This document shows, piece by piece, positions 25,308 through 41,347 of a stretch of 64,000 nucleotides of DNA; position 1 is the stretch's first letter; the number at the start of each line of letters is the position of its first letter. Location: NCBI GenBank assembly GCA_964016885.1, contig OZ024743.1, positions 16,864,001-16,928,000 on the forward strand. The letters are read 5' to 3'. The stretch is from Eledone cirrhosa (taxonomy: Eukaryota). A model generated the notes under the pieces. It saw only the letters and a list, made by a program, of their open reading frames with translations, was not told the DNA's origin and searched no databases. Position numbers and translations under genes: made by a program.

Positions 25308-27404
25308 ATGGCTACGAAAAAGAAATTTCATACGTCACTCCCACTCATTCCGTCTTCTTCTTCCTCAATCATCACTACAGCAGAGAGAAGATTGTCTCTC
25401 TCCCTCCCTTCTTTAAATGTGTCTCTCTCCCTCCCTTCTCTTTCGCAAGCGACGAAAGAAAAGAAAAGTCTCGTGCAAAGCGTGCAAGGTTTCTCCACGA
25501 CGACGACGACAGCGACGAAACAGGTGTGCGGGAAATACGAAAACCCAGTTCATTCGTCTGACGTCAGGAATAATAGCAGTAGCAGCCGTAATAACAACAG
25601 CAACAGTGACAATGAAAACAACAGTAGCAGCCGCAACAGCATCACCAGCAGCATAAACAACAACAGCATTAGCAGCAGCAACACCAACAACAACCACAGC
25701 AACAGCGGCGGAGGCAGTAGTCGTAGTACCTGCAGCAACAACAAAAGTACCAGCAGCTCTGACGACAACAACAACAGCAGAGAAAAACCAATCTCATTTG
25801 CAGGTATTGCGAAAAACTTGGAAACAATCCTCATAACAAATGAGGAATTAGAGGAAGCGAAGAAGATGGTGACAAAGAACGGACACCGAGCAATCTGCAA
25901 GGCAGCGGAAAAATTTTTCGAAACCCAAGAGCACTGTACGGTCACGTACCGTACAGTAAGTACAAAATCCCGTAGGGTGGAAAGAGCCACAGAGGCCCAA
26001 ATACAAAAAGCCTTGGGGTCTGTGTGGCAGCGGAAAACGCACATCACCCGAGGCAAAAAATATGCCACCGTAGACGTACTTTTTGCCACACCCCAGGAGC
26101 CAAAGGCCCAATCAGTAGTGACCCTAAGGAGCGAGGAAATGGTGTTGGTGCCCTCCTACTGTGGGCAAAAAATTGTGAGGGTCAAACTGACCCACGTCCC
26201 CCCCGGAATGACCCCTTCTTGGCTGGCCGCGTCTGTCCTCGTCGGAATCGAGGACAAAACAACTGTACTGCAAGTACAGAAAAAAGTAAGAGAAGATTGG
26301 GTCGGCTCCTCCATTGAGATGCTAATCCAAACCAACCAGGAGTGCATCGAAGCTATCCCGGATGTGATAGACTTCGATAACGGCACTCAACTGCCCATAA
26401 GTGTTGAGGGCAAACGCCCGAAATGCTTTCTCTGTGGATCGAAGACTCACCTCAGGGCCTTCTGCAACGAGAAGACCCTGAGAAAGGAGAAAACCCCCCT
26501 CCTTCCGAATCCGGCTCCACGGCTACCAGCAACAGGACAAGCGGCAACCAGGAACGATAGGCCCGTGGCACCCATACCCACTCCACGGAAATCAAAAACA
26601 GCAGCAGCAGTGGAAATACTAACAACAACAACAGCAATACCAAATGCAGCTGCAACAGAGACTCCAGTGCAAACATCACCAACAACAACAAGTGAAAGAG
26701 TGGAGCTGGTACCCCTCCCCGACCTCACAGAATCAGACATGGAGTGTGAGGTGGGAGAGAGATGGCAAAAGGTCGTAAGAAGGCACAAACGCAGAAACAG
26801 CGCATCGTCGCCTTTGAAAAGGGAGGAAAGAAATGAGAAAAGGGTAAAGTCTACTGCAAAGAGACCCACAGCAGCAACAACATCAACACCATCACCACCC
26901 ACACTAGCGCCACCATCACCACCGGCGACAACCCCACCGCCAACAACACCTTCAACACCACCACCACAAGCACCAACATCGCAAACACAACAACAAAACA
27001 CACACACCCAGCAACAACGACAAGAAAATAGCAGAACCACACCCCACCCCCAGAAAAACAAATGCACGGCAATAAATACACACAACAAGAAACTAATGAC
27101 TTACATAATTGAACACACAGACATTTCACAACAGAACTACATAATACCAGCACCAATCAAAACGCCAACTAACATAAGACTGCTAAAAATAGCACAGAAA
27201 CAATACACAAATATTAAAACGAAATTCCCCAACGCAGTTGGTGATTTCAGGGACCTAGGAGGAACCATCAATCGAAGAGTATACTCAGACATTCTCTTAG
27301 AAGAGCCGACGACCAGCCGAAGGGACGATTCAACGGTCCCTTCACCAGACGATCAAGTGAAAAGGGATGTAAAAACCATCCCTCCTCTACCAAAAGTACG
27401 GTAA
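25308..27404 (+). CDS. Tx1 ORF1 (S/N-rich N-terminus, CCHC zinc knuckle, T/P-rich tail)
   Basis: Open frame from ATG 25308 (MATKKK, also present in copy 2); knuckle CFLCGSKTHLRAFC. Confidence 0.85.
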   Translation: MATKKKFHTSLPLIPSSSSSIITTAERRLSLSLPSLNVSLSLPSLSQATKEKKSLVQSVQGFSTTTTTATKQVCGKYENPVHSSDVRNNSSSSRNNNSNSDNENNSSSRNSITSSINNNSISSSNTNNNHSNSGGGSSRSTCSNNKSTSSSDDNNNSREKPISFAGIAKNLETILITNEELEEAKKMVTKNGHRAICKAAEKFFETQEHCTVTYRTVSTKSRRVERATEAQIQKALGSVWQRKTHITRGKKYATVDVLFATPQEPKAQSVVTLRSEEMVLVPSYCGQKIVRVKLTHVPPGMTPSWLAASVLVGIEDKTTVLQVQKKVREDWVGSSIEMLIQTNQECIEAIPDVIDFDNGTQLPISVEGKRPKCFLCGSKTHLRAFCNEKTLRKEKTPLLPNPAPRLPATGQAATRNDRPVAPIPTPRKSKTAAAVEILTTTTAIPNAAATETPVQTSPTTTSERVELVPLPDLTESDMECEVGERWQKVVRRHKRRNSASSPLKREERNEKRVKSTAKRPTAATTSTPSPPTLAPPSPPATTPPPTTPSTPPPQAPTSQTQQQNTHTQQQRQENSRTTPHPQKNKCTAINTHNKKLMTYIIEHTDISQQNYIIPAPIKTPTNIRLLKIAQKQYTNIKTKFPNAVGDFRDLGGTINRRVYSDILLEEPTTSRRDDSTVPSPDDQVKRDVKTIPPLPKVR

Positions 27405-27439
27405 GTGGTCTTTCCCATCTTTTCCACTCTATTTTAAAC

Positions 27440-30400
27440 ATGACCTCACTCAGAATAGGCAGCATAAATGCGCGTGGCTTGGGGTCGTCATGGAAGCAGG
27501 GTCACCTGCTCAACGACCTCAGGTCACTAAACATAGATGTAGTGGCCATCAGCGAGACCAGAATCTCCGAAGCACGGGCCTTCGCACCGATCTTCGGCGG
27601 CTACGATGTGTACGCATCTCCCAGCCGTCCTGGATCCGGTGGAGGAGTTGCTGTACTTTTTCGGAGAGGTTTGGATCTCGCCATACGGGCCATCTTCCTG
27701 GACCCAGAGGGTAAGCTGGTGGTGCTGGACGTGACCAGCGGAGACGGGCAAGCTTTCAGGCTAGTGGCCGTCTATGCCCCGACAGGAGCAGGGCGGCCTG
27801 ATTTCTTCCGGCGTCTGGAGACCTTTCTTGGAACGTCCCGCTCTTTAGTGTTAGTGGGCGACTGGAACGGGATCTTAGATGCACGCTGGGACTGTGTGGG
27901 ATTAGCGGATAGGGGTGGAGGGTGCAAGAGCCTCACCAACCTGCTCAGGTGTTTTGAACTGTCTGACAGGTACCGATTGGATTTCCCGAATGTGCCAATG
28001 TGGACTTGGACAAACCGCATAGGGTCATCCAGATCATATCTAGATAGAGTATTTTGTAGGGAAATAGATAGGTCTAGCATAGGCTGTCCACAATTCAAGA
28101 TAGTCAGCTACACGGACCACAAATTCGTGACCTGTGTGCTTGACTTAGATATGCTTCATAGACGAGGACCCGGCTACTGGAAGTTAAACGCGTCCTTACC
28201 AGCGCGCAAGGCCTACAGAGACCGGATTAGCGAACTAGTTAAGCGGGCGTTGACGGGGGCCATCGTCAACAACAAGTGGTGGTTTGCTCTGAAAAGAGCG
28301 ATTAGAATAGAATCGATTAGGTTTAGTAAGGCTTTAGCAATAGAGAAAAATAGAGCAGAGGGAGAACTAGTTAAAAAATTAGACGAGGCGCTTAGCAAAG
28401 GCATTGCGACCGACGTGCTTGCGGCGAAATTGGCCCTTGACCAATTCTTCAATGCAAAGCACGAAGGCTGCGTTGTCAGAGCTAGGGTGCGTGCTCTCAG
28501 ACACGAGGGGACGAAAGCCGTTCAATGGGCCCGAGTGGCGGAGGCGCGTCGTGGCAACAAAGCCACGATCCGGTCTTTGGTGGACCACGATGGGCGCATG
28601 CTACTCGATCCCGGGCAAATGTGTGAAGCTTTTCAGCGACACTTCGCTCAGCTGTTCGGGGGCAGCGGGGGGCCGGGTAGAGGGATGGACTTTAGTGTCT
28701 ACCTCGACGGACTGCCGCGGCTCTCGGCCACTGAGGCGAAGTGTTGCGAAAAGCCGATAACAGCCGCTGAAGTAAGGGAGGCAATGACTGGCTGCACAAG
28801 GGGTAAATCGCCTGGTTTGGATTGTCTGCCCTATGAACTTTACGTACAGATGCCAGACTTGTTCGGAGGCCTCTTGGCGGACGTCTACTGCAACTGGCAA
28901 CAGAACGGGAGAATTCCCAGTTCTGTGAGCCGAGGAGCGGTGGCACTGCTGAGAAAGGATCCGAACAAGGGGGATAACATAGACAATTTCCGGCCCATAA
29001 CTCTGCTAAACACAGAGTTTAAGATTTTGGCCAAGGTGCTAGCAAAGAGGTTGGCGCTTGTCGTTGGTGGTCTGGTGGGAGAGGCGCAGACATGCGCCAT
29101 TCCCGACAGATCCATCCACGACAACCTCCACCTCATGCGATACATCGTAGAGAGGGTAGCTAGGGAACCTGGCACGGGTGGGTCCTTGATCAATTTAGAT
29201 CAGTCGAAAGCTTTCGATAGGGTCGACCATCGTTACCTAGCGGCAGTCCTGAGGGCGGCTGGCTTTGGGCCCGTCTTCAGAGGCTGGATCGCTGCCATGC
29301 ACAGCGACATCTGCTCTGTGGTGAGAGTGAACGGTCACCTGTCGGAATCGTTCAACATCATGCGCTCGGTCCGCCAAGGATGTCCCCTCTCGTCCCTCTT
29401 GTACGTATTGACTCTCGAGCCATTACTGCACAAACTGGAGACGTTGAGGGGAGTCCCGCGCGAACTAGGATGCGGAAGATCCGTGTCTGCATATGCGGAC
29501 GATGTCACCGTAGTGGTGTCGAACGCCAAACACATCGAGGCGATCGGCACTACACTATGAGAATACGAAGCGGTGACAGGAGCAATGATCAACCAGGAAA
29601 AGTCGGTGGGCCTGCAGCTCGGCACCTGGAGAGGCAGGTCCATGCCGTCCAACAGCGTCGTCGGGCGCTGGACGGACGGACCGGTTAAATTGCTAGGGGT
29701 CTGGTTCGGTCCGGACCTCCAGACGGACAAAAACTGGGACGAGGTGACGAGCAGGGTGGCTTCTCTCACCCAGAAATGGGCGGAGAGGAAGCTATCCCTG
29801 AAAGGTCGAGCGGAGGTGGCTAACGCGTACATCGCGTCTGTCATCTGCTACCGCCTAACCGTCGTACCTTGTCCTAAGCCTCGCCTGACTGCGCTGGAGC
29901 GTTTGCTCTTTCGCTTTTTGTGGAAGGGACGTGCTCCGATGGTCAGGCGGTCCATCTGTTGTCAACACCCGCTACGTGGAGGGCTGGGCATGCCGTGGCT
30001 GATGATGCGCAGGCACGCGCTCAGGCTACGACATCTCCACCTCTTCCTCGACGGTGATCAGGTGTGGTCGCCGTTTGCTAGACGCGTTTTTCCCCAGCTC
30101 GTTTCCTTGACGGAGCTGCAGTCCTGGGTCAAGCGAAGACCGAGAGGGAGCGCCTGGAGATTGGAATGTCTTCAGGCGCTCACAGCCCTCGACCAATCGG
30201 GCAATGTGATCGGTGGAAACTCCACCTCGGGTTCTATAGAGGATTAGTGGAGGGGAAGAGCGACGACGTACTTGGGGAAACTTTAGGCGTCGACGAAAAT
30301 CAACTAGCCAATCTCTTCGGAAGAACTTTCGGGCCGGGGCCTATGGACAACTTCCAGAAATCTCTGGCCTGGCAGTGCTACCGAGGAGCCTTGCCAGTTC

Positions 30401-30858
30401 GGGATAAACTCTACAGGCATGGAGGTGCCGTCAGCCGGGCATGTCCGAGATGCGCGCAGGGTGACGAAACCGTCCTGCACGCACTCGTCCAGTGTCCGAA
30501 AATTGCTGACTTGTGGGTTTATGTCGAACACCTGCTGTCGCGTTTAGGACGGATCCAGCTATCATCTGAGTCTATCGTGAGGATTGCCCCGCCCTCCTCC
30601 TTTAGCCGGGAAGGGCAGGCAGTTTTTATCTGTCTGGTGGCCATGGCGAAAGAGATAGTATGGTGGACACGTTTGAAAGGGCTGAAGACGAGCACTTACC
30701 TCTTCGGTGATGCTCTGATTGACTTTTTCAAATTTCATTTGAAAAGGAAAATCAGAGTAGAGAAGGAAGTGCTCTCTTCCCAGCATGTTGTTGAAAGATG
30801 GGTGAGAGAAGCAAGAATGGCCCGAGTGAATGGGCCGACTCTGAGTATATATCTGTAA
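27440..30858 (+). pseudogene. Tx1 ORF2 (APE-RT-zinc finger) with one in-frame TGA and one frameshift
   Basis: SINARG, SET, GDWN, YLDRVF, TDH, GYWKLN, LDQSKAFD, QGCPLS, YADD and CPRC..ETVLHAL..C. TGA at 29558-29560; 1-bp deletion near 30229 relative to the sister copies. Confidence 0.92.
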
Positions 30859-31117
30859 ACTAAAGGTGGAAAACTGGGAGAGGGCACTTGTCCTGGTGGT
30901 CAGGGTCATTGTGGCTTTTTACTGGGCTTTCTCCACAAATGTCCCTCCGAAGTCTCCCCCTATTGGGGAATTTTTCATTGTTATTTTCATTGTTATTTTT
31001 GTTACATCCTCTGTTTTTGTTTTTTTACACGCAGAAATGCCCATTTGTACCGTCCTGCATTGTCCTGCACTGTCCTTAATGTCTACTTTATGTAAACCCT
31101 TGTGGTTAATAAAGAAA

Positions 31118-31175
<58 letters not shown>

Positions 31176-31830
31176 CGTTGTCCTTTGAGTTTAAGTTATT
31201 GATGTTATTCAACTGGAAAGTTTGTTGTAATGAATATCAAACCCCTACCTGCAGCGGCATATATTCAGGACGCATCGGAGGGTTCTTGCTGTTCCCAGCC
31301 TTTTGAAGTGTTCCAAGAAGCGGGGCTAGACTAATCTTCTTTAACCATCCTTGGAAACTCGTTGAGATAGTACCTTGTACGCCTATGACAATCAGGACGA
31401 TGTTGATATCATGGCAGTTCAAAATGGTTTTTAACTCCCACTTTAAGTCTCGATATTAGTTAATTTTCTCCCTCTCCTTTTATTGCACTCTCGTGTCAAA
31501 TGGGTAGGCTACGTCTAGAATAAGGCAGGATCTTTTTCCTCTGCCCAAAATCAGCAGGTCAGTCCTACTGTATTCTAATTTATTGTCCCTCTGTTCCCTC
31601 AAATCCAATAGCACCTTCACCTGATTGTTTTCTATCACCGATTCTGGCTTATGCTCATACCACTTCTCAGAATGGTTTAAAATGTATACTTTGCATAGAT
31701 TCCGGTGGATCACCCTGCCTATCACGTCATGTCTCCAGCCTTGATAGTGAGTCAGGCCTAGTTGTTTACACTCGGATACAATGTGAGCTACAATCACCTC
31801 TTTCTCTCTCTCCACAGATCCTACACAGTG
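31176..31830 (-). mobile_element. Dong family B 3' fragment
   Basis: Homologous to 1908-2570 (HIVSEC..RHD..WYEHKPESVIEN); the 3' end abuts (TTA)n. Confidence 0.88.
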
Positions 31831-33734
31831 TCGGTTAGACGAGAGGCGGGAGACGAATCATATACCTTAGGATCACCAGCCTCTCGTCTAATCGATAAAT
31901 CTTCGAGGAACATGCAGAATACTACAATACCGTACTAGACAAGGCAGGCTACTTATATAGAGTAGAATATATAGATGAAAACCTCCGCAAAGCGCACACG
32001 AACACGCTAAACAAAAACTCCAGAAACACACGCACACACGCATTTACGCATAGCACTACACATTATACGGTAAATAGAAATCAAACAAGTCACGCAGATA
32101 AAATATATTTGGTATAACAACATGTTTAACACCTCTATTAATACTAACATACCCTCTACTTTCTTTAGAATAATAAATAAGCACTATCCAGATTCACATA
32201 GATACAGCAAAATCCTTAACACTAAATTTATTAGACTATCTTACTCCACGGAACCAAATATAGAGGCACACATCAAGATGCTTAACGATAAAAAGATACA
32301 TAACAACATAGGATCACACATTTATAACAATAACAATACAATCACCATTGAACACAACAGAATATCTACTACACTACCACCCACTAATAGGCAAACAAAA
32401 CGCAACACACATGTACAGGCATGGCAACCCACCAATAATGCCAAAGTTGGCCATGACAAGAATTGTAACTGCCTCCTAAATGAAACCTGTCCATTACATA
32501 ATGAATGTATGCAGTCTAACCTGGTTTACCAATGCACAGTGGAATCAGACAACCAAAAATGGTATTACATCGGAGCGACTGGGAATACATTTAAAGCCCG
32601 TTGGTATAAACACCGTTACGCAATGCAACATTCCCAGCATCGTTTTGTAACTACCCTTGCAAACAAGTCCTGGAAACTGAGGGAAAGTAACCATCAATAC
32701 ACCCTGAAGTGGAAACAATTATAGAACGCGCCCCCTTATCGGAGTGGTATGAGAAGCTGTCGATTATGTGACCTTGAGCTGTTCCAAATTTTGAGTTCGA
32801 AGAATAAGTTACTCAACAATAAAATCGAAAGATCAATGTATTGTAACCATAGACTCAAAGAAAGGTTTTCGCACTACAAGTGCAAATCGAACCCTTAACT
32901 TCTACTACCAACTGACACACTGCATATACTTAGACCTTATACCCTCTTATTGTCTCTAACCCTTTTAATTACACACAACAACCAATACCTATACCCTCCC
33001 TTCTCCTTCATTCCTCTTCTATTTCTTTTCGTTTTCTTCCTTTCTTCCCTCCCCTTTTTGGCTATCTTTTCTTTTCTTTTACTCCCCCTTCTTTACTTTT
33101 ATTTTTATCATTATTATTTTTATCTTTATTTTTTATATATATATTATTCTCTTTATACCCCCCCCCCTCTCTATCTCTCCATCCCTCCCACTATGTTCAA
33201 TTTAATTCTCTTTAACTCACGACATGAAGTCTACATATCAAAACTGATCAAGGAATGCTTCCACCTATACCCCTCCCCCATCTCAGTTTTTCACTCTACT
33301 TCCTAACTCTTCTCCCCCTTCCTCTCTCTCAATACTATTACGTTTGACCCTCACCTTCTAATTCCTCTTCCTCTCTCTCTATACTAGTAAATACAATTCC
33401 CCCCAAAAAATGTTCTATATATATTAAGAACTATTTCAAGAGTAACTTACTCACTATTTTGAAAATTTGGACGTGAACAACAATTATTATTGAGTGGCTG
33501 CTATTCGCAGTATAGCAATATAAGGTTGCACTTACAAATGAAACGATCGTAAATACCTGGATAAAATCCTTCTCTTAATGCTTACCTGTGTTTTCTCCTT
33601 TATACTTTATACTCCGAGATTGAACGGAATTCTTACAATCTTGTGGAGTTACCCCTAAACGTACGTTAAAACCGTACATTTAACTGGCTTTCTTAACCAC
33701 GAACTGGATCACAATAAGCAATTTTCTGCTTCCC

Positions 33735-33738
<4 letters not shown>
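31831..33738 (+). mobile_element. Penelope-like element (Naiad-type), 5'-truncated: RT thumb, GIY-YIG endonuclease and 3' UTR
   Basis: ORF 32122-32724: KILN..IRLSYS..N, CNC..CPL..EC, LVY..WYYIGAT..FKARW..H; then CRLCD..LLNNKIE..CNH. Ends in (TA)n. Confidence 0.85.
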
Positions 33739-33772
<34 letters not shown>

Positions 33773-33818
33773 AGTATTGAAGTTTGCTTGAAGCATTGTG
33801 GAATAATAAGGTAAATGT

Positions 33819-33871
<53 letters not shown>

Positions 33872-33876
<5 letters not shown>

Positions 33877-35974
33877 AGGATGAATATAAAATGAAAGTGC
33901 TTTTGTTAAAAAAGGAATTTATTAGGTATTGACATATGTTTCTGTAACAGACCGAATACCTATGTATCGCTGCTTGCGTAATCATATAATGTTAGCAAGT
34001 ATTCGATAGCAAATGTATAAACAGTTGTCACTTCTTCAGAGATTTTGGATAAACTGGATAAAATCAGAAAAATTGAAGTATTTATATTAGTAAAAGAGGA
34101 AGGAACAGAGGGGATAGAATATGACAGATGGTAAAATAATTTACTGCTAAACAAGTATATAATGGGTTTTTAATGAGAATACCATGAGTAAATCTAAATA
34201 AGAATTTTGGGAGTGCCAATTTTAATCTCTACTTGACCAACTGGACAGTGGACAGGGCTGGTCATTTGGTGCAGCAGTATTAATTATAAATTGTCAATTG
34301 GGGAAGGGGGAGATTTCGATTGCTACTAAATAAAATCAATGCTAGTAGCCAGCTGGTATATGCATTAGGGAATTGAATCAAGAAATCAGAAATCTCATTT
34401 TACCTATAGCAGTTTGTATTAAAAGGTAAATAATAGAAGAGTTGATAGAATTAAGACTAATAAAGAATGTTCATATCTATTTTGACAATCAAACGGGGAT
34501 AGAGACAGGCGTTCAATCCTGGTAGTATTTATAATATGAAAATGTAGATTTTAAGCGATGGTTACAGTATAACGATCGCTCTATTCTGTTATTTAATAAA
34601 ATGTTTTTGGATTTCATAATACAAAATAATTATACATTACATAATTTACAAAATTCCTGTCCATTGTATATGGGGGGGCAGCCGCTATTATATCCCATTT
34701 TAGGTGAAATTGTTGGTTATTTTCACGCAGCTGCCAAGCCTTGTCTGCGAGTGTTGTTACATAACGCTGGTTTTCATGTTTTATCGAATAACGATGTCTA
34801 TAAAGGCGTGATTTGAAGGAGGTGGCTGTAGATCCCACATAGTACCACTTCTGTCTATCCGATTCGATAGTACATTTGTATACGATGTTGCGTTCAAGAC
34901 ACTGATTGTTCAACGGACACATTCCTGGTTGGACACAGTTGCAATTATAATTTTGCGTTGTTGTATTGCCATGGATGGGTTGATGAGGTTGCTTATGTAG
35001 GACAGGATGTTGTTTGTTGTTTTGTGATGTTATAGCTAATGTTTTACGTGTATTGCTATGTGTTGGAAGGCGTTTATACAACCGTTTTGCGTTAAGCCTT
35101 TTTATATGTTGTTCAATATTAGGGGCGGTTGAATATGAAAGTCGAATAGTGTTAGGGTTTAAGATTTTATTATATTTATGTGATGTTGGAAAGTGTTTTC
35201 TAACTAATCGAAAGAATTTTGAGGGTAGATTGGTTTTAATAGATTTGTTATAGACCGGGTTGTACCAGATATACTCCTTACATCGCCTTCTGTTTGGTGG
35301 TGTGCGACTATTATTGTGTCTATTGCGGTAGTGTATGTATGGTGGTGATTCTGTGCTATTTCTACTCCTATGTGATTTATTTTGGGTGTTTTGGTGATCT
35401 TTGACTATATACTCTATATTATCTAGGTGACCGGCTTTCCTAAGTGCATCATCATAATACTCGGCATGTTCTTTGAAGGTTTGTTGGTTGGACGATAGGC
35501 GGGAGATTCTAAGAGAAACATTTCTAGGGATGGATTTAATTATAGAGAGTGGATGGTTAGAACTCGTATTTACATATTTAAGGTTCTCATTTAGTTTATG
35601 GAACGGTTTAATCGTATCTGTATTGAGATTGAAAGTAACATCAAGGAAATTGATCTCTTTGAGGTTATATTCAAATGTAATATTTAATCCTAGTTCCTTA
35701 AAAAGTTTTCTGATATTTTTACGCATCCTTTCTAAATTCTGGTTATTCATATGCTTAACTAATAGGAGCGCATCGTCAGGGTAAATTCCACCGTGGAGAT
35801 CCTTGAATTTTCCTTGTAATCTGTGGGTGATATAAATTCCCACAAGATCTGTTACTTCCGCCGAATCATTAGAACCCATAGTGATATCAAAATTAGAAGG
35901 TCTATCTTTGCGAACCCAGTAGCTATCATCGAATTTAACTATAGTTTTTCTCGCTTCCATAATAATTTTAATTT
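33872..35974 (-). mobile_element. Naiad-type PLE, inverted (left) arm of palindrome 1
   Basis: Reverse complement of 36470-38565 with scattered differences. ORF 34614-35960 has RT (YRDD mutated to YPDD) and GIY-YIG. Confidence 0.92.
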
Positions 35975-36049
35975 AGTTAAGGGTTGCGTTCTATCGTCAA
36001 TACAAAGTTTTGTAACAATATCACAAGTTTTTTAACAATATCACAAGCC

Positions 36050-38812
<2,763 letters not shown>

Positions 38813-39081
38813 GGAAAAGAATGGAACGAAATTTCATTTCTCACACTTAGTACGGCTGATACCTAAATATAAGTATGTATACGTACATACATATATGTGT
38901 ACAGATGCACAGTAGTATGTATATATACATATATATATACATGCACACATGTATATATGTACGTATGGGTTTACCGAACATTTATTATACTGCTCGGTGT
39001 GTTTGTAAACAAATAGCCCGAATTATGCCGTACAGTGCTCGGCAACCATCGTCGCCCTTTTTGTTCAACACTGACACAGGA

Positions 39082-39124
39082 ACGATGTACTAGTTTCAAG
39101 CTTATAAGCTATCGTCAGCATCGT
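39082..39124 (-). ncRNA. Type I hammerhead ribozyme (best-preserved copy)
   Basis: Sense: ACGATG CTGACGA T-AGCTT-AT-AAGCT-T GAAA C-TA-G TA CATCGT. 6-bp helix I, intact CUGANGA/GAAA core, GUA triplet, palindromic minimal stem III. Confidence 0.85.
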
Positions 39125-39528
39125 ATACCTTTCTGTCAGATGATTGAAAGAATATACTTTCCTTATGCATATTAACGGCTGAGCAGCCGAATTTGCATAT
39201 CGAGTGAGGTAGTCGGCCGGGTAAAGTCAAAACGATAAATGGAAAGTAATGAAACAAAATTTCCATTCTCACTCTTAGCACGGCTGATATATAAATATAG
39301 GTATGTATACATATATATATATGTACGTATATATACGTACATATATATATGTTAGCATGTATGCATATATATATATACATACTACTGTGCGTCTGTACAC
39401 ATATATGTATGTACGTATACATACCTATATTTACGTAATAGCCGTACTAAGGGTGAGAAATGAAATTTCGTTTCATTCTTTTCCATTTACCGCTTTCGGT
39501 ATACCCGGCCGATATATATACATACATG

Positions 39529-39610
<82 letters not shown>

Positions 39611-39614
39611 CATG

Positions 39615-39666
<52 letters not shown>

Positions 39667-39893
39667 CTACTGTGCGTCTGTACATATATATGCATGTACG
39701 TATACATACCTATATTTAGGTATCAGCCGTACTAAGAGTGAGATATGTAATTTCGTTTCCTTGTTTTCCATTTATCGGTTTTAGTATACCTGGCCTACTA
39801 ACTCACTCGATATGCAAATTAGGCTGCACAGCCGTTAATAAGCATGTGGAAAGTATATACTGTCAGATGTTAAATCATCTGAAAGAAAGCTAT

Positions 39894-39936
39894 ACGATGC
39901 TGACGATATCTAATAGGCTTGAAACTAGTACATCGT
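39894..39936 (+). ncRNA. Type I hammerhead ribozyme (stem II weakened)
   Basis: ACGATG CTGACGA TATCTAATAGGCTT GAAAC TA GTA CATCGT. Confidence 0.75.
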
Positions 39937-40155
39937 TTCTGAGTCAGTGTTGAACAAAAAGAGCGTCGATGTTTGCCGAGCACTGTACGGCATAATTCGG
40001 GCTGTTTGTTTACATGCAAACCGAACAATATAATAAACGTTTGGTAAACCCATACGTACATATATATATATATGTGCATGTAAGTATATATATACATGCT
40101 ACTCTGCGCCTGTACACATATATGAATGTACGTATACCTACTTATATATATATAT

Positions 40156-40209
<54 letters not shown>

Positions 40210-40211
40210 TA

Positions 40212-40338
<127 letters not shown>

Positions 40339-40608
40339 AATGGAAAAGAATGAAACGAAATTTCATTTCTCACACTTAGTACGGCTGATACCTAAATATA
40401 AGTATGTATACGTACATACCTATATGTGTACAGACGCACGGTAGTATGTATATATATATATATATACATGCACACATGTATATATGTACGTATTGGTTTA
40501 CCGAACATTTATTATACTGATCGGTTTGTTTGTAAACAAACAGCCCGAATTATGCCATACAGTGCTCGGCAACCATCGTCGCCCTTTTTGTTCAACACTG
40601 ACACAGGG

Positions 40609-40650
40609 ACGATGTACTGGTTTCAAGCTTATTACTATCGTCAGCATCGT
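40609..40650 (-). ncRNA. Type I hammerhead ribozyme
   Basis: Sense: ACGATG CTGACGA TAGTAATAAGCTT GAAAC CA GTA CATCGT. Confidence 0.75.
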
Positions 40651-41314
40651 ATACCTTTCTCTCAGATGATTGAACATCTGAAAGTATATAATTTCCTTAT
40701 GCTATTAACGGCTGAGCCGCCTAATTTTCATATCTAGTGAGGTAGGCGGCCGGGTAAAGCGAAAACGATAAATGGAAAGGAATGAAACAAAATTTCATTT
40801 CTCACTCTTAGTACGGCTGGTATTTAAATATAGGTATGTATACATATATATATGTACGTATATTTACGTACATATATATATATGTGTGCATGTATGTATA
40901 TATATATACATACTACTGTGCGTCTGTACACATATATGTATATACGTATACACATCTATATTTAAGTAACATCCGTACTAATTGTGAGCAATAAAATTTC
41001 GTTTCATTCTTTTCCATTTATCGCTTTCGGTATACCCGGCCGTTATATATACATACATGCACACATATATATATGTAGATATATATACGTTCATATATAT
41101 ATGTGTGCATGTATGTATAATATATACATACTACTGTGCGTCTGTACACATATATCTATGTACGTATACATACCTATATTTAGGTACCAGCCGTACTAAG
41201 AGTGAGAAATGAAATTTCGTTTCATTATTTTCTATTTATCGCTTTCGTTATACCCGGCCGATATATATATACATACATGCACACATATATATATATGTAC
41301 GTATATATACGTAC

Positions 41315-41347
<33 letters not shown>

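Larger units (their letters stand above)
25095..31117 (+). mobile_element. Tx1/L1-clade non-LTR retrotransposon, full length
   Basis: 5' UTR, ORF1, ORF2 and a 3' UTR ending AATAAAGAAA; (TTA)n on both flanks. Confidence 0.95.
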
